DNA of 64,000 nt from a virus (taxonomy: Duplodnaviria; Caudoviricetes): the IMG/VR virus record IMGVR_UViG_2901146262_000001, positions 1 to 64,000 of that record, one strand, 5' to 3'. A program made the position numbers and the translations under genes. This document shows, piece by piece, positions 30,579 through 40,531 of this stretch. The stretch's first letter is position 1. Each line of letters starts with the position of its first letter. The notes beneath the pieces are model-generated. The model made no database searches. It had not been told where the DNA came from and saw only the letters and a program-made list of their open reading frames with translations.

Positions 30579-31229
30579 TTATGTAGTAGTTTTCCTAACA
30601 AATAACTCAACAACACCTTTACCTTTAAATACATTAGCTTTATTTATGTTGTAAACTTGATAAGGGGCATCAAAAACATCAATTTTAGTCTCCAGCGTAA
30701 TAAGGTGAGATTTGTCAAAAGGTATTTTTATGGACAATGTCCCTTCAGGCATATTGACAACTTTATCTCTGCTATACATTGACTCTGCGCTCGATTCAAC
30801 CACACATGATATTTCATGATTTTTATCATCGTGCCACCCATACTCAGGACGACCCAATTCATCGAAATCTTTGATGTATCGCTCGCCTTTTTCAACTACT
30901 GTAAATGTCTCATTGCATACCGCCATAATAGATTTCTCATATATCCTATTAAATGTAGGCATATCTAAGACAAGCCAATTCAGATCGTCAAATAGCACAA
31001 TATCGCCTTGATTAATATTTCCTTTAGAGAATAGAATCGTCTTATTTATGCTTTTATGAGTTGTTTGTATAATAATTCTCTTATCAACACTATTGACTTG
31101 AACATTGTATGACTCAGGCGACTGATCTAATAGGTCTCCAAATGCATCATAGGCTTCTTCAAATGAATCCAATTCAAATCCACTCAAATACTTGTTATTA
31201 GATGTCATAAGATACCAGTCTTCACTCAT
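30579..31229 (-). CDS. Head closure / adaptor-like protein
   Basis: Gene order; beta-barrel-like pattern. Confidence 0.55.
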   Translation of the reverse strand: MSEDWYLMTSNNKYLSGFELDSFEEAYDAFGDLLDQSPESYNVQVNSVDKRIIIQTTHKSINKTILFSKGNINQGDIVLFDDLNWLVLDMPTFNRIYEKSIMAVCNETFTVVEKGERYIKDFDELGRPEYGWHDDKNHEISCVVESSAESMYSRDKVVNMPEGTLSIKIPFDKSHLITLETKIDVFDAPYQVYNINKANVFKGKGVVELFVRKTTT

Positions 31230-31614
31230 AGTAAGAACCGTCCTTTAATTTGCCCATCATTTCATCAGCCTCATCAAACGCATCATGATAAGCTTTCGCA
31301 ATTATGCGTTTACTGTCCGCCATTGAGGTTAATTTGATATCCTTACCAACGATATTGTTTATCTTCATAACTCTATCTTTTTCTCTGCCAAGATAGTGCT
31401 TATACATCAATAATCCCAATACAGTTATTTCAGGACGAATTAGATCCCTGTCAAACTCGCCGACCGAATCATTATAATCCAATGAATCCAACTCTAATTC
31501 AAAGTCTCCAATTGCTTTCAATAAGAACATATCTTCTAACTCAGAATGCAACACAGTAGTTGACATAAATTCTGTATGAAAACTGTCTACTACTAGCTTC
31601 TTTGGTGTGGCCAT
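31222..31614 (-). CDS. Head-tail connector protein
   Basis: MATP..V...F N-terminus; alpha-helical; gene order. Confidence 0.6.
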   Translation of the reverse strand: MATPKKLVVDSFHTEFMSTTVLHSELEDMFLLKAIGDFELELDSLDYNDSVGEFDRDLIRPEITVLGLLMYKHYLGREKDRVMKINNIVGKDIKLTSMADSKRIIAKAYHDAFDEADEMMGKLKDGSYYE

Positions 31615-31627
31615 TTACACCACGTCC

Positions 31628-32092
31628 TTAATCATATTTAAATCCAGTGTAATCCTCTAAAAACTTAATCTTAGAGTACTCATTCAATTTTTGTCTCTGA
31701 GATTCCTCAATCATGAACATCTTTTCAGCTCTAGTAACTACTTCCTCTGTGACATGTTTCTCAAATGTCTTCTGAGTTTTGTACTCTAACAGCTTTTTAA
31801 CCTTATCCGCTGTCAGTACATTCTGCACATCCTTAGATCCATCGGTCTCAAAGCCCAATTCAACTCTAGCTTCTTTATCTTCAACATAAATCCTAGCGTG
31901 AGATCCGATACCATCCGTACCAACAAACATAATATTATTATCATTAACTTGAGCCATGACTTCACCAAATAAAACTCTACGAATGCCCTCAGATGGAAGT
32001 CTTACAGATCCATTTGATTCGATGTTTCCAAAATATAAGTCCCATCCACATAGATTGCGTACTGGAACTTTCTTTTCTGCACTTATTGTCAT
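31628..32092 (-). CDS. Conserved phage protein (YonA-like)
   Basis: RNLC.WDLYF...FVGTDG.GSHARIY motif. Confidence 0.6.
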   Translation of the reverse strand: MTISAEKKVPVRNLCGWDLYFGNIESNGSVRLPSEGIRRVLFGEVMAQVNDNNIMFVGTDGIGSHARIYVEDKEARVELGFETDGSKDVQNVLTADKVKKLLEYKTQKTFEKHVTEEVVTRAEKMFMIEESQRQKLNEYSKIKFLEDYTGFKYD

Positions 32093-32173
32093 TCAATATT
32101 TCCTCCTTTTAATCCTAAAAGTAAGAGCAGGGAAGGGGAGACCAACTCTACTCTTATTCAATATATATTCTAT

Positions 32174-32950
32174 CTAAACCTCTACCTGATACCTCATATC
32201 CCAAGATACCCCTTGGATAAAATATAGAAAATCTTCTTTGACAACATTTTGCTTGCCAAACTGAAAGTGATATAGACTATGACATGATTCGCATAGTGTT
32301 ATGCCATTATCTATATTCACTCTATTTTCAATATCCCAACTGTATCCATTCAGATGATGTGCCTCTAAAGATTCACCCAATTGACCGCAGTGTTGACACG
32401 TATATCCATCTCTCACAAATACAGAATTTCTCCATTCGTGATACTCTCTATACTTTCTGTCAGCCAAACGTTCTTCATCGGTCTTATCGTGCTTCCAATT
32501 CGGATGGTTCTCGCCGTTTCTTTCTGGTCTTTTAACGCCTTTTAGCTTATTGGATATCTTCCTTTTCCCACACTCTTTACACCTTTTGCCTTCTTTGAAT
32601 TTTCCGAAAGATATTTTCGAAACATTTCCACATTCACATATGTAGTCAAGTTTTTCTCTATTGTTTTTATAAGTAGGTGATAGAAGGGTGCACCCATTGT
32701 CTTCGAAATACTGCTTAACGTCTTCGTATTTTCTTCTGTATCTTGCGGACATTCTGCTTCCCATACACCCTCTACACCCTTTTGCAGTTCTAACATCTCT
32801 TAGAGTCTTTCTTGTCTTTCTGCCACATATACAAATTGCATCCATAGGCGTATCAACATTAATATACTCGTCCTCTAAGAGCGTAAAACCATTGCTGAGA
32901 AAAACTTCTTTTACATACTCAATATCGTACCTTGTGTTTCTTTGACTCAT
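32174..32950 (-). CDS. Free-standing HNH endonuclease with N-terminal Cys-rich repeats
   Basis: Two F...G.TLL...Y.N......IC.CG repeats; VFVRDGYTCQHCG...AHH...NGITLCESCH HNH core. Confidence 0.88.
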   Translation of the reverse strand: MSQRNTRYDIEYVKEVFLSNGFTLLEDEYINVDTPMDAICICGRKTRKTLRDVRTAKGCRGCMGSRMSARYRRKYEDVKQYFEDNGCTLLSPTYKNNREKLDYICECGNVSKISFGKFKEGKRCKECGKRKISNKLKGVKRPERNGENHPNWKHDKTDEERLADRKYREYHEWRNSVFVRDGYTCQHCGQLGESLEAHHLNGYSWDIENRVNIDNGITLCESCHSLYHFQFGKQNVVKEDFLYFIQGVSWDMRYQVEV

Positions 32951-32954
32951 TTAT

Positions 32955-34040
32955 TTAGGCTTGTGGAGCATCAAAGTTAGTATCAGAAATGATACCAATA
33001 GCGTCGGGTTGCGCTATTCCGCTTCCGATTTCGAGGTCAAAACGTGTAACTTCTTCACCATTCTCTACATGGAATCCAGTCGCAGAAGTAAGATCTCCAC
33101 GTTGAACAACCTGTAGAGGCGAAATCATTCCAGAATTCTTAGGAATAACATACATTAATCCTTCAGGAAGAAGTGTAGTATAGTTATCACCAGCAGAATT
33201 TAAAGTAGTACGGTCATATTGGTTAGGCAACTCTTGAACAGGAGCGCCACCATACATTCCCAAGAATCCAGCTTGACGAATTTCTTCTAGTGCTGCATCA
33301 GAGAAGTTCTTAGGAGCATTTTGTCCAAAACCATTGAATCCATTAACTTGAGAGACAACTGAGTAGTCACCAACAATAGATGGTCGACCATTACGACGAA
33401 CCTTTGTTAAAACATCATCAACACTTTCCTTCAGAATTCCGTCAGTTTCAGCAAAGTATTTTACACCAGTATGATTTTTTACTTCATTGTACAGTGTAGT
33501 CAATACATAGTTCATTGCCTTGTTATGCATATCAGTTTTAACCTGCTCGATACCTTCGGATACTTTGTTAAGATTTCCAGACAAAAGTTCACGATAGTTA
33601 ATAGCAAAACCACCAGAAATGGTTTGAGTTGCCATTGGAGATTCTTCCCATTGAACAGTAGAAAGCGGCACGTCACCTTGACTAGCTTGGAAGCCAGAAC
33701 GAGTAGTGTGCTTGTATTTAGTCAACATAACTTGATCAGCATAGCCAACCTTTGTAAATTTGCCCATAAAATCAAACAGATCAATACGAGTTTGCAGCGG
33801 GGATTCTAAAGCGATACGTACATACGAGTTGATCTCAGCTTTAGCAAGACCATCACCAGCATCAGCCTTGCTCGATAAATCAGCGATATGCTTCATTACT
33901 GTATCAACGTTCTTGCCATATTTAGTTGTATCTTCACCTTTAATGATAGCAGAGAAAATTTCTACTGCCTTTGAGTTTTTGTTTATTTTAGTGTTAAAGT
34001 TCGCATCTCGACGAACGTTATTTAATTCAATTCCGTACAT
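32955..34040 (-). CDS. Major capsid protein (YonB-like)
   Basis: 361 aa; follows scaffold and decoration genes; TRFDLEIG C-terminal motif. Confidence 0.8.
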   Translation of the reverse strand: MYGIELNNVRRDANFNTKINKNSKAVEIFSAIIKGEDTTKYGKNVDTVMKHIADLSSKADAGDGLAKAEINSYVRIALESPLQTRIDLFDFMGKFTKVGYADQVMLTKYKHTTRSGFQASQGDVPLSTVQWEESPMATQTISGGFAINYRELLSGNLNKVSEGIEQVKTDMHNKAMNYVLTTLYNEVKNHTGVKYFAETDGILKESVDDVLTKVRRNGRPSIVGDYSVVSQVNGFNGFGQNAPKNFSDAALEEIRQAGFLGMYGGAPVQELPNQYDRTTLNSAGDNYTTLLPEGLMYVIPKNSGMISPLQVVQRGDLTSATGFHVENGEEVTRFDLEIGSGIAQPDAIGIISDTNFDAPQA

Positions 34041-34094
34041 GTTCTATTACCTCCGAGTTTAATATTTTAGTTTATGTATTATAATATTACTTAA

Positions 34095-34538
34095 TTATGC
34101 TTTAACAATAGCCTCTACGCCATTAGGTGTTTTAGCAGTTACTTCCAGTTGAATTGCATGATCGTCATCTTCTCCAGCTTTTACCCATTTACCTGTTCCA
34201 GCTTCAACTACTAATTTGTCGCCTACGGCAGATTGGCCGGACAGGGCAGCGGTACCTACTTCAACAGGAAGTTCTTTTGCATCATGAAGTAAGAATGCAC
34301 GAACGAATTCACCTTTTTCTACTTTAAAGTCAGCTGAGTTACGAATCTCCGGCTTATCAATGATGTTAAATACTACAAATAATTCAGTACCCTTTGCGCC
34401 TTCTGTGTCAGGTAGGTTGGCTTCCTTTGCTACTTCATCCAAAGTTACAGCTAATCCATTTACCAAATCCTCCTGTGCCTTACAACGCGGGTTGTTACGA
34501 ACGTGATTATAAGCACTAATTGTTACAAAGTTAAACAT
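34095..34538 (-). CDS. Capsid decoration/cement-like protein (YonC-like)
   Basis: RNNPRCKA...NG motif; lies between scaffold and capsid. Confidence 0.6.
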   Translation of the reverse strand: MFNFVTISAYNHVRNNPRCKAQEDLVNGLAVTLDEVAKEANLPDTEGAKGTELFVVFNIIDKPEIRNSADFKVEKGEFVRAFLLHDAKELPVEVGTAALSGQSAVGDKLVVEAGTGKWVKAGEDDDHAIQLEVTAKTPNGVEAIVKA

Positions 34539-34589
34539 GTTTATATTCCTCCTATAAATTTTAATTTATTTTTTATTTTACAAGTTATT

Positions 34590-35750
34590 TTATAGCAACT
34601 CGTCAATAGATGATTCTGTATCTTCCTCAAGTATGTCACCAAAAATATAACTATTTTGTTCAGACTTTTTATCTTTATCGTCTTTATCTCTTTTCTTCTT
34701 ATCTTCGTCTTCAGTAGCTTGTTTTTTCTTACGATCTTCCACAATCTTCTTGGCAATATCTGAGTTGATTTCATTTACAATTTCAGATACTTTTTCAGCA
34801 GAAGGGGACTTAGAGAAAGTTTCAATTTTATCCTTAGAAACAGATTTCTCCTCATCTGTGTAAGCGGAAAGTTTTTCATTCAGTTCTGCAGCTAACTTCT
34901 CGCCTTCAGCCTTCTGTTTGAATTCACGAAGCTCATTTACCTCACCCTGAATTCCTTCTAATTCTTTCTTTTTATCATTCAACTCTTGGATAACAGTATT
35001 AAGCTCATTGGTTTTTTTCTCTAACTTTCCACCTAGCTCATTTAACTCAGTATCCTTTGTACCTGCTTGAACTTTTAGCTTATTGATCTCAGTATCTTTA
35101 CCATCAATTTTGCTATTTAATTCTGCAATTAACTCTTTTGACATTTTCTTGTCCTCCTTAAATTTATTTATCTCTAACAGTACGGCACTATCGTCTGCGG
35201 GAGTTTCTGATAATATTGCATGACCTGAATACTGATACTCCATAGGTACTCTGCCAGCCTCTTTCCATCCATCTTCATAAATGATGTTTTTGTGAGGGTG
35301 AGAAGCGCATATCTCAACTGAGCTTTTAACCTGCTCGAATTCATTAACTTCTTTAATCCACTTTATAAAATTAGGAAATCTCTGGTTGTAAAGATGACCG
35401 TATCCAACCAATACAGTTTTCATTTCTTTATTTATTTCAACATTTTCAATCTTGGCGTCATTCATAGTCCCTACGACAACAGAATTCTGAAAGTAAACTT
35501 CTCCATCGTCATCAACATAGACATCGCCATGACCTAAAGGCATGTCAAAATCATCATCCACAAACTCTGCAACGATAGGTGAGCCGCTAATTGTACTTAT
35601 CTGTTTTTCTACATACTCTCTTTTCCAACTAATTCCATTTTTGTTATATTCATCAGGAGAGCTATATATTTCATGCATCACAATTCTGATAGGAGTTATT
35701 CCAGTTCTTTTGTTATTCTCAGCCACTTCTATATACATTTTTCTCACCAC
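34590..35750 (-). CDS. Prohead protease/scaffold protein (YonD-like)
   Basis: YNKNGI.W, GHG and S.EI...GHAIL protease-like N-terminus; long charged coiled-coil C-terminus. Confidence 0.75.
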   Translation of the reverse strand: MVRKMYIEVAENNKRTGITPIRIVMHEIYSSPDEYNKNGISWKREYVEKQISTISGSPIVAEFVDDDFDMPLGHGDVYVDDDGEVYFQNSVVVGTMNDAKIENVEINKEMKTVLVGYGHLYNQRFPNFIKWIKEVNEFEQVKSSVEICASHPHKNIIYEDGWKEAGRVPMEYQYSGHAILSETPADDSAVLLEINKFKEDKKMSKELIAELNSKIDGKDTEINKLKVQAGTKDTELNELGGKLEKKTNELNTVIQELNDKKKELEGIQGEVNELREFKQKAEGEKLAAELNEKLSAYTDEEKSVSKDKIETFSKSPSAEKVSEIVNEINSDIAKKIVEDRKKKQATEDEDKKKRDKDDKDKKSEQNSYIFGDILEEDTESSIDELL

Positions 35751-35767
35751 CTTTAAAGCTGCCGAGT

Positions 35768-37285
35768 TTATTCAACTGGATTGCTCCCATTATTTTTATT
35801 TTTCATTGTATTTTCATTATCGCTATCATCATTAATCGGTTTCTGATCAACTCCGTCTTTATTAGTTTGGGTGAATGCAGTCTGATTCGGAGGATACTTT
35901 TCAGTAAACCCTTCTTCTTTTTCATAATCCAATAACGACAAATAAGCATCTGAAGACATGCCAGTGCTAGATATCCAAGCGATTAGAGACCCACCACCAT
36001 GTGTATATAACTCTTTCATATTACGGATCATATCTTTACGGTTAACGTGTGTGATAGGCATGTAATAGACTTCTATGTATGTTTTACTATCATTTATAAT
36101 GTTGGCATTAATAACTTTATTAAATTCCTCTTGAATCTGTTCTTGCCAGCTAAATAATTCAGATGAAACCAATTCTAAATTGGACTTCTGACCAGATAAA
36201 CTTCCACCTTGACCGTTTAGCGCACTACCAGCAAATCCTAAACTGGTAGATATCCTATTGATTAACTCGTCCTCACCTTTGACTTTTAACATTTCAATGT
36301 TTGTAGTTAATTTATCCAACTTCGTACCAGATGCGATTGAGAAGAAATTTACTCCTTTGGTAGCACCTTTTGTGAATAAAGCTGATTTAATATTGTCATG
36401 CTGACGCTTTTGTTGTTTTGTAGTCAAAGAAGACTGACCACTTTTTTCACCTTCTGGAAAAGTTTGATATATAACCGTACTATTTACGTCATCTAATACT
36501 TTTCTTTTAGTGTCAACAAAATACTCGTCGTATAACATGTCAACATACCCAGCCATACCTAATGGGCGACCCCATCTTTCATCCATTTTAGATCGTATCT
36601 TTACAGTAATGGTTCTATCATTGTCCAATATTGCCCACTTTTTATTAAAATCAGCTTTATACGCTTTATACGCTCGTCTGATTTCTGTGGGATATCTTAA
36701 CAACTTTTTAGATCTTCCTTTTCCAGTAAATTGATCAAAATATTCGCAGTTAAAAGCTACTATGTAAGATGAATTTCTAGTTCCTACAATCCGACAATAG
36801 TCAGTAGGGAGGGGGATTGCACTACAAACCACTTCAGAATTTAACTCTATAGAATCTATATCCTGATCACTCATATGTTTAGGAAAAGGTTTATTTTCCT
36901 CAGTTTCAAAATAGTAAAATGATATACCTTCTAACGCCACCTTGAAAAATATATCCCTAGCAATCCTTTTATCTTTCATTTTTAATAAAGTGTCATTAAA
37001 CTTTTCTCTATTATCTTTAAATCTGTTATGATTTTTGTTTTTACCATGCACAATTTTATCCAAAGTAGGGAGGGCTACCATATAATCTATAGTATTTGTG
37101 TATATGCCATTTGAGTTATATAGTATTCTTGACGCATTCCTCAGTTCTTTATTGAATTGCATTGGTCTTTTTAGCCAAGTCTTTACACTATCAATGTTAA
37201 TGCCAGTAAATCTTCCACCTACAATAATAGATTCAGTCGTTAGATCCATATTTAATTCATAATTATTTTGCTCACTTTCAGCCAT
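35768..37285 (-). CDS. Portal protein (YonE-like)
   Basis: 505 aa; directly after the terminase large subunit. Confidence 0.8.
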   Translation of the reverse strand: MAESEQNNYELNMDLTTESIIVGGRFTGINIDSVKTWLKRPMQFNKELRNASRILYNSNGIYTNTIDYMVALPTLDKIVHGKNKNHNRFKDNREKFNDTLLKMKDKRIARDIFFKVALEGISFYYFETEENKPFPKHMSDQDIDSIELNSEVVCSAIPLPTDYCRIVGTRNSSYIVAFNCEYFDQFTGKGRSKKLLRYPTEIRRAYKAYKADFNKKWAILDNDRTITVKIRSKMDERWGRPLGMAGYVDMLYDEYFVDTKRKVLDDVNSTVIYQTFPEGEKSGQSSLTTKQQKRQHDNIKSALFTKGATKGVNFFSIASGTKLDKLTTNIEMLKVKGEDELINRISTSLGFAGSALNGQGGSLSGQKSNLELVSSELFSWQEQIQEEFNKVINANIINDSKTYIEVYYMPITHVNRKDMIRNMKELYTHGGGSLIAWISSTGMSSDAYLSLLDYEKEEGFTEKYPPNQTAFTQTNKDGVDQKPINDDSDNENTMKNKNNGSNPVE

Positions 37286-37296
37286 TCATTCACCTC

Positions 37297-39018
37297 CTAA
37301 TTGAAGAAAAAACCGAATTCGTATTCTTCACCGCTGTGTGATTCATCTTCAAAGTTCTTGATAAACCATAACCCATAAGCGACAGCGGAATATCTGTCTT
37401 TATCAATCTTCCTAACAACTTGCTCAACAGTGTACTTTCCACTGTTTAACTCTTTTAATTTTAAGTTAGCAATCTCCTCAATCAATATGTCTGTCTGCAT
37501 AAAAGGGGCAATCCTCTTCAGATCATCATCATCATTTATGTCATAATTAGCATTATCAACTTTTTCTAATAGCAGTAGCTTCTGAGCTTCCACCATGTCG
37601 ATAAAGTTTATTATTATGTCGCTATTGATACCTTGAGAATGAAGGTCGTAGACTATCTTTTCAGCATCACTGCTTTCTGGAACCCTATCTGTGTTGATTG
37701 TGCTCCAACATCCAAGACTATCTCCTGTTTTCGGATCAAATGTTTCCTTAAGAACCTCATCAATGATAGCTGTTCCCAATCCATTCCCATCAATTACTAC
37801 TTTTGAAGCATTGAATACTTTCTTTATTTTTTTCAATTCAATAGCCTGTGACTCAAAGTTCAATCCGTTCGGCAGGTTGATAATATTTACAAGTCTTATA
37901 TGTTTTATTCTTCCGTTTTTTGTCCTATCAAGCTTAAGAACTGCTATGGAAGACTGGTTATTTGATGTGTCGTCACTTCTAGCAACGTCCATAGCCAATA
38001 TATATTCACTTCGCCCATCTGTTTTGTATTCCGGCTTTGTCATTACCCTTAAATCCATGACCTTTTTAATATCTACAAGAGCAGAAGAACTTGCACCGAC
38101 CCAACGACTTTCATAGTTTAAAGCAAAGAAAGTGGGGGAGAGCTTCTCCTTTTTACTTAATATTTGAGATTTCGTTTCACCCCTACCGAAAGAATGAGCC
38201 AATTGCCAATCCGATCCAATCAGAAATACGCCCTTTAGGTTAATCATGTCTTTATAGAGAGCTATGTTTCTATCGTATTCGGATGTGCCTCTGAACCAGC
38301 TGGTCGTGAAGAAATTAATTTGTCCATTCATCTCTTCAGGGTTTACAGCTGAATTTTTCCCAATAGTTCTTCTTGGTATATTTACAATCGGCTCTAGAAC
38401 ATCCTGAAAAAGATCATTGTTTATTTGAGCAGCTTCTTCGACGTTTAATCTTTTTCTTCTTGCTCCCTTTGTTGATTGCTGGTTTGCCAAAACATCTATT
38501 CTTCCGCCAGATGTGAAGACAACTTCCACGCTATCCTTGGAGGATCTATACGTTTGAACTTCTTCTTTAAGGAGAGGGAAGTGCTTCATTATTTCCCTAT
38601 GTTTCTCATCAACCAGTTTAGCTGCGTTCTCTCTAGTTTGAGCTGTCATGGATATATCAATATCAGGAAAGAATATTGCAGCATGATACATTCCTAGTAT
38701 TTCGAGGTATGTCTTGCCATAACCACGCGGAAATACGCCATATGTAGAGAGAAATCTCGACATAGCTCTAAGGAATACACGCTGGTCTAAGTCAAGTCTA
38801 ATTCCACCAACTTCAGGTGTTATTAAGTCGAAAAATAAATCTGGATAAAACCTACCCCAGACAACAAAATCTTTATACTTATGAATGTTTTTTGTAAAAT
38901 TATCATCCTCAGTTTCACTTCTGCCTTTAACATGTCCGACAAACTGAGGCTCGTTCCTATTGTGTCTATTCCTGGTGTGTTTGGCGCTTTTAGATTGGAA
39001 GTTGCCGTGAGATGCCAT
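37297..39018 (-). CDS. Terminase large subunit (YonF-like)
   Basis: PRGYGKT Walker A; VEEAA Walker B; MDVAR and KDRYSA nuclease motifs. Confidence 0.92.
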   Translation of the reverse strand: MASHGNFQSKSAKHTRNRHNRNEPQFVGHVKGRSETEDDNFTKNIHKYKDFVVWGRFYPDLFFDLITPEVGGIRLDLDQRVFLRAMSRFLSTYGVFPRGYGKTYLEILGMYHAAIFFPDIDISMTAQTRENAAKLVDEKHREIMKHFPLLKEEVQTYRSSKDSVEVVFTSGGRIDVLANQQSTKGARRKRLNVEEAAQINNDLFQDVLEPIVNIPRRTIGKNSAVNPEEMNGQINFFTTSWFRGTSEYDRNIALYKDMINLKGVFLIGSDWQLAHSFGRGETKSQILSKKEKLSPTFFALNYESRWVGASSSALVDIKKVMDLRVMTKPEYKTDGRSEYILAMDVARSDDTSNNQSSIAVLKLDRTKNGRIKHIRLVNIINLPNGLNFESQAIELKKIKKVFNASKVVIDGNGLGTAIIDEVLKETFDPKTGDSLGCWSTINTDRVPESSDAEKIVYDLHSQGINSDIIINFIDMVEAQKLLLLEKVDNANYDINDDDDLKRIAPFMQTDILIEEIANLKLKELNSGKYTVEQVVRKIDKDRYSAVAYGLWFIKNFEDESHSGEEYEFGFFFN

Positions 39019-39905
39019 TAATCTCCTTCCTCCTCTATAATTCCGTATTCGTCCTCGTATTCAGATTTTCTTTCCTCATAAAATTCATACACATCTTTGT
39101 AGTCAATTAAAGACTTCCCTTCTAGGTCTCTGGCGTAATTAATGTAACTCCAAATAGTGAAATCAACCTTATCCTTTGGCCTTGACTTGAATTGAGGTAG
39201 TATTGATATGATATCCTCGACTTGCTCAGTGGCTCTGACTATCTGACCAACAGTATCTAATCCATCCGTCAGATCAGCTTGAGATAATTGAGAGGGATTT
39301 ATTTTAGCGTCTGTAGCTGCCTTGGAAGCAAGTGTGCCCCATTCCTTGGCATCTTTAACATCGCCTTTCGCGGTTGAAAGCTCTTCCTTTACCCGATATC
39401 TGATGTAAGTAAATAGAGCCTCCGTATGCATGGATGTTTTTTCTGGATAGTTGTTTTTAAGTACTGCATATTTTCTTTCGAACAGTGTATACTCTTCCGG
39501 TGTATATCCAGATCCCCATCTATTCTCCATAACATCTAAATCCACATAGTTGTCATTTTCTTTAGTTTTCTCTAGAATAATACTGTCTCCGAAATCGCTG
39601 TTATCCCATGATAATCCTCTATACTGAGGAAGTGAGTTGATTTGTCTAAAGTAATTACCAGATACGTCACAGTCGTCCCACAATGACTGAATAAAAGGTT
39701 TATTCATTGCATGTAGTATCATTAAGACTATTTCATATCCATTTTCCCCATTGGACAGATTGCCGACGCAAGTTACACACATATGGAACCTTCCATCAGG
39801 ATAAAGTGGAGAGTTATCACATTTATAAAACCTTTGCAGAGTCAAAACTTTCTTACACTCCACACATTCTTTTTTTGGCTGTATTTTATTTTTTTTAGTT
39901 GTCAA
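39018..39905 (-). CDS. Putative terminase small subunit (YonG-like) with N-terminal Zn finger
   Basis: CxxC...FY...CxxC; coupled to the large subunit. Confidence 0.65.
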   Translation of the reverse strand: MTTKKNKIQPKKECVECKKVLTLQRFYKCDNSPLYPDGRFHMCVTCVGNLSNGENGYEIVLMILHAMNKPFIQSLWDDCDVSGNYFRQINSLPQYRGLSWDNSDFGDSIILEKTKENDNYVDLDVMENRWGSGYTPEEYTLFERKYAVLKNNYPEKTSMHTEALFTYIRYRVKEELSTAKGDVKDAKEWGTLASKAATDAKINPSQLSQADLTDGLDTVGQIVRATEQVEDIISILPQFKSRPKDKVDFTIWSYINYARDLEGKSLIDYKDVYEFYEERKSEYEDEYGIIEEEGD

Positions 39906-39974
39906 TCCTTACATAACCTCCTTCAATTCTATTCCCTTTACACTATAAAACTACCTAATAAAAAATAAATCGAT

Positions 39975-40505
39975 GAGAATAGGAGAGGGGAAGGGATGTT
40001 AAAACCTCTCCTAAGTTAGTCGCGATAGCTAATCACAACATATCTCTAAGTAGTATAAGAAAATCAAAAAAGACTCTCTTAATCGATACCCAATAGAGTC
40101 TAGTCAGTATTGGATATCTCAAAAAGAATCTTAGTGTACAAAAAACCGGTAATCGCTTTGCGAAAACTGGATGCTCCTTTTACATCTTGGTAAATGAGCT
40201 ATTTTATGGTGACAGGTCGGCACTCCTGCATCTCTTTTAGCTTGGCGTTATCTTCCGACGGAATAATTAACCGACTTTTGTTGCATTAGCCAAGCGCGTG
40301 GGGAACCTTTCCCACCTCACCATGTATTAAAAGTTGACAATGTTACACATTTTCTAGAACATTATAAAGCCTTCCTAGCAAGGCGCTCAGAGTCAACTGT
40401 CCGAGCATATTTTAAAGATCGCACTTATGGAGGCGAAATTCCAATCCGCTGGTAGCTATCCAGATTTTTTATCGTCATGAAGACGAAAGTCGTACATTGG
40501 TTTGG
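39975..40505 (-). ncRNA. Candidate structured non-coding RNA block (includes a cloverleaf-like element at 40206-40323)
   Basis: No ORF; a dense series of GC-richer inverted repeats; strand inferred from operon context and U-tails. Confidence 0.5.
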
Positions 40506-40531
40506 TTAAGATAAAAGAATCCTTTTATAAC

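Noticed and set aside
32092-32955. HNH gene as part of an intron in the capsid gene
   Set aside because: The capsid ORF appears complete, the next gene has its own RBS, and no P7 R/S elements were seen
34541-34774. Overlapping 77-aa ORF at the scaffold gene end (possible frameshift product)
   Set aside because: Lys-rich alternative frame of a low-complexity region; no convincing slippery site
40206-40323. Canonical tRNA or tmRNA
   Set aside because: No TTCRA T-loop, no normal D or anticodon arm and no tag ORF; kept only as a tRNA-like candidate
40460-40500. Hammerhead ribozyme (TCATGAAGACGAAA)
   Set aside because: The CUGANGA core and the required three-stem arrangement are missing
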